Assembly (NCBI GenBank): GCA_964490415.1
Contig: CAZBDE010000001.1
Coordinates: 1 to 48,790 of the forward strand
Source: an uncultured Pseudoxanthomonas sp.
Lineage (GTDB): Bacteria; Pseudomonadota; Gammaproteobacteria; Xanthomonadales; Xanthomonadaceae
Length of the DNA: 48,790 nucleotides
Reading direction: 5' to 3'
Under the pieces are notes generated by a model. It searched no databases and was not told the DNA's origin. It was given only the letters and a program-made list of their open reading frames with translations. The position numbers were made by a program, and so were the translations under genes. Below, one piece after another: positions 31,924 to 40,117 of the stretch (its first letter is position 1; each line of letters opens with the position of its first letter).

Positions 31924-33189
31924 ATGCCACGACGCCGCGTAGCCATTACTGGCCTCGGCCTGATCTCCCCGATCGGGCTGGATGTCCAGCAGAACCTGCA
32001 ATCCCTCCGTGCCGCCCGTTCGGGCATCCGCCTGGTGCAGGCGCCACCGATCCGCAAGGAATTCGCCGCCGGCGCCGTGCCGGAGCGTTTCGAAGCGCAC
32101 TTCACCAAGCTGGAACTGCCGTTCCTGGACCGCTGCCAGCAACTGGCGATCCTCGGCGCGCGCCAGGCCTCGGACGCGGCCGGCATCGGCGACTACGCGG
32201 CCTACGGCCAGCGCGCCGGCCTCTACTACAGCAACATCAACGGCGGCACCGCCACGATCATGAGCTGGTTCGACGACCTGCTGCTCAAGGGCAAGCAGGC
32301 CTCGCGGCCGTTCACCGCGATGGCGATCATGGGCAACGCCGGTGGCGCCCAGGTCGCGATCCGGCAGCAGGTGCTGGGCCCCGTGCTGTCCTACAACAGC
32401 GCCTGCGCCTCCTCGGGCATCGCCATCGGCGAGGCCGCCCGCGCCATCGCCGACGGTTACATCGACGTGGCCCTGGCCGGTGGCGCCGAGGCGCCGCTGA
32501 CCGCCGGCGTGCTGGGCATCTTCGAAGGCTCGCGGGCGATGTCCAGCCCCGACCCGGAGGATCCGGCGCGCACCTGCAAACCGTTTTCCGCCACGCGCTC
32601 GGGCCTCGTGCTCGGCGAGGGTTCGGCCTGGATGGTGCTGGAGAGCGAAGAGGCGGCGCTGGCCCGTGGCGTACACATCCATGCCTACGTCTCCGGCTAT
32701 GGCGTGTCCTGCGACGCGCACCACATCGGCATGCCCGAATCCAGCGGCCAGGTGCGCGCGCTCGAGGCGGCGCTGGCCAGTGCCGGCCTGGCCGCGCACG
32801 AGATCGGCTACATCAACGCCCACGCCACCGCCACGAACGGCGGCGACATGATCGAGTCGGCGGCCATCCGCCAGGTGTTCGGCGCCGGTCCCGATGCGCC
32901 CCGGGTCAGCTCGACCAAGGCCGTGCATGGCCACCTGATCGGCGCCACCAGCGCCCTGGAACTGGCCCTGACCGTGCTGGCCATGCAGGACGCCCTGCTC
33001 CCCGCCAGCGCGCACATCGGCGAACCCGATCCGCGCTGCGCGCTGCACCACGTCGGCGAGGCCCCCGTCGCCGGCGTCCCGTACCGGCATGCGCTGAGTT
33101 TTTCCTGTGGATTCGGCGGCACCAACGCCGCATTGATCGTGTCACTCCCGGCTGTACCACCATCCCGATCGAAGGAGATCGAGTCATGA
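31924..33189 (+). CDS. Beta-ketoacyl-ACP synthase (FabF/KAS II-like, divergent)
   Basis: RRVAITGLGLISPIG; active-site SACASS; PF...RSGLVLGEG; DAHH; NAHAT; STK..HGHLIGA; GFGGTN. Confidence 0.9.
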   Translation: MPRRRVAITGLGLISPIGLDVQQNLQSLRAARSGIRLVQAPPIRKEFAAGAVPERFEAHFTKLELPFLDRCQQLAILGARQASDAAGIGDYAAYGQRAGLYYSNINGGTATIMSWFDDLLLKGKQASRPFTAMAIMGNAGGAQVAIRQQVLGPVLSYNSACASSGIAIGEAARAIADGYIDVALAGGAEAPLTAGVLGIFEGSRAMSSPDPEDPARTCKPFSATRSGLVLGEGSAWMVLESEEAALARGVHIHAYVSGYGVSCDAHHIGMPESSGQVRALEAALASAGLAAHEIGYINAHATATNGGDMIESAAIRQVFGAGPDAPRVSSTKAVHGHLIGATSALELALTVLAMQDALLPASAHIGEPDPRCALHHVGEAPVAGVPYRHALSFSCGFGGTNAALIVSLPAVPPSRSKEIES

Positions 33190-34103
33190 ACGCTGCCACC
33201 CCCGTAATCGCAGCCCCCGTGTTCAACCGTTCGGCCACCGGCCGCGTCCGCACCCAGATGCGCCAGCTGGCGCGCCAGACCGCCTGGCTCACCGTCGGCG
33301 CCAACCCGGCCACCGGCGTGCACAACTTCACCCCCGAGCTGCTGGCCGATTTCAAGCGCACCCTCAACGACCTCAAGCAGCGCAACGACGAGCTGCGTGC
33401 GTCCGGTGCCGAAGGCCCCGGCTACGCAGTGATCCAGTCCAGCGACCCGGTCTATTTCAGCCAGGGCGGCGACCTGTCGTTCTTCCTGTCCTGCATCGAC
33501 CACCGCGATGCGCGCCAGCTGCGCGACTACTCGCTGTCCTGCCTGGATGCGCTGCTGAGCTGGTCCAGCGACTTCAAGCAGGACATGACCACGATCTCCC
33601 TGGTCCAGGGCCGCGCCTTGGGCGGCGGCTTCGAGATGGCGCTGAGCTCGGACTACATCATCGCCGAGGAGCACAGCTCGTTCGGTTTCCCGGAGATCAT
33701 GTTCGGGCTGTTCCCCTGCACCGGCGCCATGGGCCTGGTCACCTCGCGCAGCAACGCCTTCGTGGCCGAGCGGCTGATGACCCAGAAGAAGGTCTACACC
33801 GCCCGGCAGCTGCTGGAGCTGGGCCTGGTGGACGAGGTCTGCGCCACCGGCGAGGGCGAGATGGCGGTGGAGAGGTTCATCGAACAGCACGCGAAGCGCC
33901 GCAAGGCGCGGCTGAAGATCCAGCAGAGCCGGCACCGCCACAGCGCGCTCAACTACGAGGAAGGCCTGCAGGTGGTCGAGGACTGGGTGGAAACGGCGAT
34001 GTGCCTGGACCAGGACGAGATCCGTTCGCTGGAGATGCTGATCCTGATGCAGGAAGGCGAGCGCTCGCGCACCTCGGCCGGCAGCAGCCGGATGGTGGCC
34101 TGA
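33186..34103 (+). CDS. rpfF: RpfF-like crotonase (DSF-family signal synthase homologue)
   Basis: FSQGGDL, L..Y...C, ISLVQGRALGGGFE (catalytic Glu), IIAEE...GFPEIMFGLFP (second Glu), YTARQL.ELGLVD, WVETAM.L; follows the RpfF/DfsA pattern throughout. Confidence 0.85.
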   Translation: MNAATPVIAAPVFNRSATGRVRTQMRQLARQTAWLTVGANPATGVHNFTPELLADFKRTLNDLKQRNDELRASGAEGPGYAVIQSSDPVYFSQGGDLSFFLSCIDHRDARQLRDYSLSCLDALLSWSSDFKQDMTTISLVQGRALGGGFEMALSSDYIIAEEHSSFGFPEIMFGLFPCTGAMGLVTSRSNAFVAERLMTQKKVYTARQLLELGLVDEVCATGEGEMAVERFIEQHAKRRKARLKIQQSRHRHSALNYEEGLQVVEDWVETAMCLDQDEIRSLEMLILMQEGERSRTSAGSSRMVA

Positions 34104-34116
34104 CGCGCCCGCGCGC

Positions 34117-36255
34117 CTAGCGCCCGGCCGCCTTCGCCGGTCCCCTCGCCCGCCGCTCGCGATCCAGCGCGAGCCGGGTGTTGCGGCTGGTCGCGCCGAG
34201 TTCCTGCTGCCAGCGCAGCGGATCGGCGGCCAGGGTGTCCGCGGGCATGGTCATCAGCCGGTCGGCCAGCGCCGCCAGGCGCACGCCGCCGATGTTCAGG
34301 GCCACGCCCTTGATCGCATGCGCCAGCCGGTGCACCTGGCCGATGTCCTGCGCGGCGATCGCCGGCAGGATCTGGCGTTCCAGCTTCTCGAGGTCGGCCA
34401 GGCCGTCGCCAAGGACCTGGCAGACGAACGCGTCGCTGTCCTTGATCTCGCGCAGCATGTCGATCGCCTCGGGCGAGAAGTACTCCACCGGGACCGCGGC
34501 CAGCTCGGCGGTCCGGCGCGGCCCCGGCGTCGCCGCCGGCGGCGGCAACGCCACGCGGCGCGTGGCCTGGCCGGGGAATACCTGCAGCATGGCTTCGCGG
34601 ATCCGCGCGAAGGTCACCGGCTTGTTGATCACCCCTGCCCCCCCCACGTCCTCCAGCGTGCGCCGGGTCAGCGGGGTCGCATCGGCGGTGACGAAGAACA
34701 CCGGCGCCGGATCCACCCGGCCGAACAGGTACGTCTGGAACACCGTGGCGCCGTCGACGTCATCCATGTTGTAGTCGAGGAAGACCACGTCGAAATCGTG
34801 CGCGGCAAGCTCGGCCAGCGCGTCGCGGCCGCCGTCGACGGCGGTGACCTGGTGGCCGTCCTTGAGCAGCATCTCGCGCAGGAGTTCCAGGTTGGTCTGG
34901 TTGTCGTCGGCGATGAGCACGCGCTTGCCGGTGACCACGTCGAGGGTGCCGCCGCCGACGGCCTCGGCCCCGGTGCCGGCCGCGGCGCGGTCGACCGCCA
35001 GGTCCAGTTCGAAATGGAAGCTGCTGCCCTCGCCCGGCGCGCTGTCCACGTCCAGCCGCCCGCCCATCCGCGTGACCAGCTCGCGTGCGATGGTGGTGCC
35101 CAGGCCGGTGCCGCCGCGACTCTTCTGGGTGCCGGCCGAGACCTGGAAGAACGGATCGAAGATCTGCGCGTGGAACTCGGGCGCGATGCCGATGCCAGTG
35201 TCGACCACGGCGAAGCGCAGGCGGTAGCGGTCGCCGGCATCCTCCAGCAGCCGCGCCTCCAGCGTGACCGAACCGCGGTCGGTGAACTTCACCGCGTTGC
35301 CGGCCAGGTTGGTCAGCACCGCCACCAGGTTGTCGTGGTGGCCGACCACCGGCAGGCGGATCGCCGGATCCATCTCCAGCCGGGCCTGGACCGGCTTGCC
35401 GGCGGCGATGCTTTCCAGCGACTGGAACGCGCTGGCCATCGCCCGCGCCACGCTGTACGGGGCCGGCGGCTCGTCGCGGCGCAGGTGGCCGCGCACCTCG
35501 ATCTTGGACAGGTCCAGCAGCTGCCGGATCTCCGCGTCCAGCGCGTTGGACAGGTGCAGGATCGACTGCGCGCGCGCCACGGTGGCCGGCTCTGCGGACT
35601 CCACTTCCAGCAGCTGCGCCGCGGCCGAGATGCCGGTGAGCGGCGTGCGCAACTCGTGGCTCACCTTGGCCAGCAGCTGCGACTTGGCCCGGCTCTCGTG
35701 CTCGGCCAGCGCCCGCGCGTTCTGGATGCGCGCGATCAGGAACGAGGCGTACAGCGGCACCAGCGCCAGCAGCACCATGTGCGACAGCGCGAACAGCACG
35801 TGCTCCTGCCACACCGGCGAGGTCAGCGCGACCAGGGTGAAGCCGACCAGCGACATCACCTGGCACACGTGCATCGGCACCGCGCCGACGCGGAAGCCGA
35901 ACCCGAGCACCGTGAACAGGTACAGCGCCACGAACAGCACCGAGGACTCGCCGGTGGCGAACAGCCACGCCGAATAGAAAAGCGGGTCGGCCACCGCGGT
36001 GATCATCACCACGTCGCGGTGGGTCAGCGGCGCGGGCCTGGCGGAGAAATAGCGGGCCACCGCGGTGTAGATCACGTAGCCGGCCGCCACGCCCAGCGGC
36101 AGCAGCGGGCTGGTCCCGGACTGGTACGGGCCGAACAGGTGGGTACCGACCACGACCGCGGCCATGACCAGGCCGATGCGCACGCGGAAGTTCGCCTGCG
36201 CCAGCACGTTGCGGGCCAGGTCCTCCTGGGCTGTCACCATCGGCTCACCTGGCAT
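34117..36255 (-). CDS. rpfC: RpfC-like hybrid sensor kinase (TM sensor-HisKA-HATPase-REC-HPt)
   Basis: About 5 TM helices; SHELRTPL; NLAGNAVKFT; DTGIGI; GGTGLGTTI; REC ADDN...LDYNM...TAD...KP; HPt LAHAIKG; 712 aa; convergent with the rpfF-like gene. Confidence 0.83.
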   Translation of the reverse strand: MPGEPMVTAQEDLARNVLAQANFRVRIGLVMAAVVVGTHLFGPYQSGTSPLLPLGVAAGYVIYTAVARYFSARPAPLTHRDVVMITAVADPLFYSAWLFATGESSVLFVALYLFTVLGFGFRVGAVPMHVCQVMSLVGFTLVALTSPVWQEHVLFALSHMVLLALVPLYASFLIARIQNARALAEHESRAKSQLLAKVSHELRTPLTGISAAAQLLEVESAEPATVARAQSILHLSNALDAEIRQLLDLSKIEVRGHLRRDEPPAPYSVARAMASAFQSLESIAAGKPVQARLEMDPAIRLPVVGHHDNLVAVLTNLAGNAVKFTDRGSVTLEARLLEDAGDRYRLRFAVVDTGIGIAPEFHAQIFDPFFQVSAGTQKSRGGTGLGTTIARELVTRMGGRLDVDSAPGEGSSFHFELDLAVDRAAAGTGAEAVGGGTLDVVTGKRVLIADDNQTNLELLREMLLKDGHQVTAVDGGRDALAELAAHDFDVVFLDYNMDDVDGATVFQTYLFGRVDPAPVFFVTADATPLTRRTLEDVGGAGVINKPVTFARIREAMLQVFPGQATRRVALPPPAATPGPRRTAELAAVPVEYFSPEAIDMLREIKDSDAFVCQVLGDGLADLEKLERQILPAIAAQDIGQVHRLAHAIKGVALNIGGVRLAALADRLMTMPADTLAADPLRWQQELGATSRNTRLALDRERRARGPAKAAGR

Positions 36256-36337
36256 GCTTTTCCGTCACCGCCCTGTTGGTGATACGCAGGCTATGCAAGA
36301 ATCAGGCCACCCACAGCACGATCCGCAAGGCCACGCA

Positions 36338-36589
36338 ATGGACAAGAACAGCATCATGAGCCGCCTGGGCGCCCTCCTCCACGAACGGTTCGACGTGGAT
36401 CCCGCGGCCGTGTCGCCGGATACCCGGCTGTCCGAACTGGGCATCGATTCTATGCTCTCGGCCGACATGATGCTCGACATCGAGGACGCCCTGGAGTTCA
36501 CTTTCAAGAACATGGACCTGCCGCGCGACCCGACCCTGCAGGACGTGGTCGAACTGGTCCACGCCAACCTGGAGCAGGCCGGCGCCTGA
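36338..36589 (+). CDS. Acyl carrier protein (non-housekeeping type)
   Basis: 83 aa, acidic; LSELGIDSM phosphopantetheine motif; IED; TLQDVV. Confidence 0.88.
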   Translation: MDKNSIMSRLGALLHERFDVDPAAVSPDTRLSELGIDSMLSADMMLDIEDALEFTFKNMDLPRDPTLQDVVELVHANLEQAGA

Positions 36590-36679
36590 AGTGCGGTTCA
36601 CGCGTGGGTAACAGCCGCCCGACGAGGGTGGCGACGGGCCCGGGGCCCGGGGCCCGGGGTCGACGAGGGAGCCGATACC

Positions 36680-37153
36680 GTGAGATCGATGCCGTTGGCT
36701 GTGCTGACCACGCTGCTTGCGGGCGCCTGTGCCCATTCGGGCCCCACGCTGACGCCGGACGAACGGCTCGAACTGTACCGGGCGCATGCCGGCGCGCCCG
36801 TCGCCAGCTTCAGCATCAACCGGGTCGCCGGGGTCAACCGCTGGACGCCGCTGGGCGACCAGGCCCTGGCGATCTGGAACACGCCCAACAGCGGCTACCT
36901 GCTCGAGTTCCGCAACCGCTGCGCCGGGCTGGCGATCGCCGGCTCCATCACCATCAGCAACTCGCTGGGCACGGTCAATCCGCGCGTGGACAGCGTGCAG
37001 CCGCGTGCGGCCAACGGTTCGGCGATCTCGCAGCCGTGCCGGATCGGCAGCGCCCGGCCGCTGGATGGACGCGCCATCACCGAGGCCAAGCGCGAACTGC
37101 GCGAGGCCAGCGTGATCGAGCGCGACGCCGACGTGGTGCCCGAGGAAGAGTGA
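36680..37153 (+). CDS. Conserved lipoprotein (DUF6491-like)
   Basis: Lipobox-like AGAC; WTPLGDQALAIW...YLL...C...CRI; RBS gaggga. Confidence 0.7.
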   Translation: MRSMPLAVLTTLLAGACAHSGPTLTPDERLELYRAHAGAPVASFSINRVAGVNRWTPLGDQALAIWNTPNSGYLLEFRNRCAGLAIAGSITISNSLGTVNPRVDSVQPRAANGSAISQPCRIGSARPLDGRAITEAKRELREASVIERDADVVPEEE

Positions 37154-37172
37154 CCCGGGCGACGCACCGGTT

Positions 37173-37517
37173 TCAGACCGCCGCGGTCACCACGATCTCG
37201 ACCTTCCACTCCGGCCGCGCCAGCGCGGCCTGCACGGTCGCGCGCGGCGGCGTGTGGCCGGCGGCGACCCAGGCGTCCCACGCCTTGTTCATGCCGGCGA
37301 AGTCGGCGATGTCGGCCAGGAAGATCTGCGCGCGCAGGATCCGGGTCTTGTCGGTGCCGGCCTGGGCCAGCAGCGCGTCGATCGCTTCCAGCACCTGCCG
37401 GGTCTGGCCCTCGATCGCCTGCGCCGCATCCTCGGGCACCTGCCCGGCCAGGTAGGCCACGCCGTTGTGCACGGCCAGTTCGGACATGCGCGGACCGACT
37501 TCGAAACGCTGGATCAT
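37173..37517 (-). CDS. RidA/YjgF family protein (YoaB-like)
   Basis: RMSE..VHNG..YLAGQV, FAGMNKAWDAW, PPRATV, VEIVVTAA; RBS ggagg. Confidence 0.92.
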   Translation of the reverse strand: MIQRFEVGPRMSELAVHNGVAYLAGQVPEDAAQAIEGQTRQVLEAIDALLAQAGTDKTRILRAQIFLADIADFAGMNKAWDAWVAAGHTPPRATVQAALARPEWKVEIVVTAAV

Positions 37518-37666
37518 GCGGGGTTCCTCCCGGGCGGTATGGATGGCGACTGCGTCTGCCGCGGCGCAGCATACACCCTCCCCTCCAACCGATGCGCAGC
37601 GGCTCGAGCCCGCTGTCCGGAAGGCATACACTGGCCGCGACGCTGCATGCCTGGGAGGGATCGGCC

Positions 37667-38785
37667 ATGCGTGCCTTGACCTTGACCTTGATCGCGGCGC
37701 TGGCCCTGGCGCCTTCCACCGCCGCCGCGATGGCCGTGGCCGCTCCGGCGCCCGTGGCGGTGCTGGGCCAGGACGAAATCATGGCAGTGCCGCCCGAGCT
37801 GCACGCGGAAGTGCAGCGCCGCGTGGTCGCACCGGACCGTTCCCCCGAGCATCGCCTGCAACGGCTCGCCGATTTCGTGTTCGATGACGATGGAATGCGT
37901 CTTCAGTACGACGGCGCGATGACCCGCACCGTCGCCGAGGTCTATCGCGATCGCCGGGCCAACTGCCTGTCGTTCTCCCTGTTTTTCGTGGCACTGGCGC
38001 GCGATGCAGGGCTGGAGGCGCAGGTGCGCGAGGTCGGCGAAGTGCTGGCCTGGTACCAGGACCAGGGCGTGGTCTACAACTCCAACCACGTCAACGTCGG
38101 CGTGCGCACCGGCGGGCACTGGCAGGTGGTGGACGTGGACAGCAGCATCCTCGCCATGCGCGACCGTCCGCACGGCATCGACGACCGCCGCGCCATGGCG
38201 CACTTCCACAACAACCGCGGCGCAGAACGGATGGCCGACGGCGACACAGCCGCGGCGCAGGCGCTGCTGCAGGCCGCGATGACCGACGACCCGACCTTCG
38301 TCGCCGCATGGAACAACTACGGCGTGCTGCTGCTGCGCGAAGGCGACCGGCATGGCGCCGAGCACGCCTACCTGCACGCGCTCGGCCAGGATCCGATGCA
38401 CGCGGCGACCCTGAGCAACCTGGTCGCCCTGTACCGGCGCAGTGCCGATCCGCGCGGCCAGCACTATGCACGGAAGCTGGACAGGCTCCAGCGCAGCGAC
38501 CCGTTCCACCAGTTCCGGCTCGCGCTGGAATGCGAGAACCGCGGCGACCATGGCTGCGCGATCGTCCGTTACCAGCGCGCGATCAGGCTGCAGCCGGACC
38601 AGCACCCGTTCCACTTCGGCCTGGCCCGCGCCTATTTCCTGTCCGGCGACCTGTCGCGCGCGCAACGCGAACTGGGCCGTGCGCTCGCCCTGGGCGGCAC
38701 CGATCGGATCCGCGATGTCTACCGGCACAAGCTGGATGGCCTGCAGCGCTGGCGCGAGCAGGCCTCCAGCCAGGTCGGCCACTGA
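37667..38785 (+). CDS. Exported transglutaminase-like domain plus TPR protein
   Basis: Signal peptide; RANCLS (Cys), NHVN (His), VVD (Asp); TPR-type AWNNYG, TLSNL, YQRAIRLQP, FGLARAY. Confidence 0.75.
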   Translation: MRALTLTLIAALALAPSTAAAMAVAAPAPVAVLGQDEIMAVPPELHAEVQRRVVAPDRSPEHRLQRLADFVFDDDGMRLQYDGAMTRTVAEVYRDRRANCLSFSLFFVALARDAGLEAQVREVGEVLAWYQDQGVVYNSNHVNVGVRTGGHWQVVDVDSSILAMRDRPHGIDDRRAMAHFHNNRGAERMADGDTAAAQALLQAAMTDDPTFVAAWNNYGVLLLREGDRHGAEHAYLHALGQDPMHAATLSNLVALYRRSADPRGQHYARKLDRLQRSDPFHQFRLALECENRGDHGCAIVRYQRAIRLQPDQHPFHFGLARAYFLSGDLSRAQRELGRALALGGTDRIRDVYRHKLDGLQRWREQASSQVGH

Positions 38786-38794
38786 GGGCGGCAC

Positions 38795-39028
38795 ATGGAC
38801 GAACAGGTACGGTTCGAGCTGGAAGGCGAATTCGTGGAGCTCAACCAGCTGCTCAAGCTGGTCGGGCTGTGCGACAGCGGCGGCGCCGGCAAGGCGCTGG
38901 TCGCCGCCGGCGAGGTCAGGGTCGACGGCGCGATGGAACTGCGCAAGACCTGCAAGATCCGCGCCGGGCAGCGGGTCGGCTGCGGCGGCGTGGAGATCGA
39001 GGTGGTGGCCGGCACGGCTGGCGCCTGA
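38795..39028 (+). CDS. ybcJ: S4-like RNA-binding protein (YbcJ family)
   Basis: FVELNQLLKLVGLCDSGGAGK...V.VDG..E.RK..KIR.GQ. Confidence 0.88.
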   Translation: MDEQVRFELEGEFVELNQLLKLVGLCDSGGAGKALVAAGEVRVDGAMELRKTCKIRAGQRVGCGGVEIEVVAGTAGA

Positions 39029-39087
39029 GCGCAGGTTTCCTAGAATAGGGGCACGGCCGCGGTGGCCGCAGTGGGAGCCACGCGACG

Positions 39088-39708
39088 ATGAAGCACGCAA
39101 TGCCGGACTGGGTGCAGGGCTGGCTGGGGACAGTGGTGCCGATCGGCCAGGTGCTGCTGATCCTGCTGGTCGCCTGGCTGCTGCAGCGGCTGGTGCGGGC
39201 GATGGTGCGCCGGCTGGTGGCGCGGCGCGGACTGCCCCCGGAGATGGCGACGGTGCTGCGCCGGGTCTCGGCCACCCTGCTCGCCTGCGCGGCGCTGCTG
39301 CTGGTGCTGGAGCGGCTGGGCGTGTCCGCCACCGTGCTGTGGACCGCGTTCACCGGCTTCGCCGCGGTCGGCGCGGTGGCGTTCTTCGCCGCCTGGAGCG
39401 TGCTGTCCAACATCTTCTGCGCGGTGCTGATCTTCACCAGCCGGCCGTTCCGCCTGCACGACCACATCGAAGTGCTGGAGAACGGCGAGAAGCCCGGGCT
39501 CAAGGGCCGGGTGGCCGACATCAACCTGATCTACACCACGCTGCAGGAAGTGGATGCCGATGCCGCTGCCGGCGACGCCGACAGCGTGCTGCAGGTGCCG
39601 AACAGCCTGTTCTTCCAGCGCACCGTGCGACGCTGGCGCGGCGCCGCGGTGCCGGCGCGGTGGCTGGCGAGTCCGGCCACGGACGCGGCCCCGCAGCAGG
39701 ATCACTGA
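39088..39708 (+). CDS. Small MscS-family protein
   Basis: 3 TM helices; VLSNIF...PFRLHDHIE...G.V.DINLIYT...QVPN. Confidence 0.85.
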   Translation: MKHAMPDWVQGWLGTVVPIGQVLLILLVAWLLQRLVRAMVRRLVARRGLPPEMATVLRRVSATLLACAALLLVLERLGVSATVLWTAFTGFAAVGAVAFFAAWSVLSNIFCAVLIFTSRPFRLHDHIEVLENGEKPGLKGRVADINLIYTTLQEVDADAAAGDADSVLQVPNSLFFQRTVRRWRGAAVPARWLASPATDAAPQQDH

Positions 39709-39729
39709 AACCCGAACCCGGACGACGGC

Positions 39730-39993
39730 TCAGCGCAGCTGGCTGTCCTTGCTGCCGCGGCGGTTGAAGCCGCTGAACCCGGCTTCCCCGTCGTGCGCCT
39801 CCTGGCAGGGAACGCACAGGCGCACGCCAGGCATGGCGCGACGGCGCGCCAGCGGGATCGGCGCGTCGCATTCCTCGCAGCGCTCCAGGCCCGGGCCCTG
39901 CGGCAACTGGCGGCGCGCGCGCTCCACCGCGTCCTTCACCGTCGCGTCGATCTGCTCGTTGACCGCGCCATCGCCTGCCCAGCCGGTTGCCAT
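39730..39993 (-). CDS. DksA/TraR C4 zinc-finger protein (YbiI-like)
   Basis: MATGWAGDGAVNEQI...CEEC..PIP.ARR.A.PGVRLCVPCQ...NRRGSKDSQLR. Confidence 0.92.
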   Translation of the reverse strand: MATGWAGDGAVNEQIDATVKDAVERARRQLPQGPGLERCEECDAPIPLARRRAMPGVRLCVPCQEAHDGEAGFSGFNRRGSKDSQLR

Positions 39994-40117
39994 GGTCTGT
40001 CCTCGCTGCCGCCCTGCCCCGACAGCGTGCGCGCTGCCGGGTGAACGAAAACGTAAACGGCGTCAGCGCCGCGCGGCCGGCCCGCCGGCCGGGCCGGGCC
40101 GGCGGCGGGCCGGAGTC

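Noticed and set aside
36633..36661. gggcccg tandem run after the ACP gene
   Set aside because: Low-complexity GC hairpin with no U-tract or other support.
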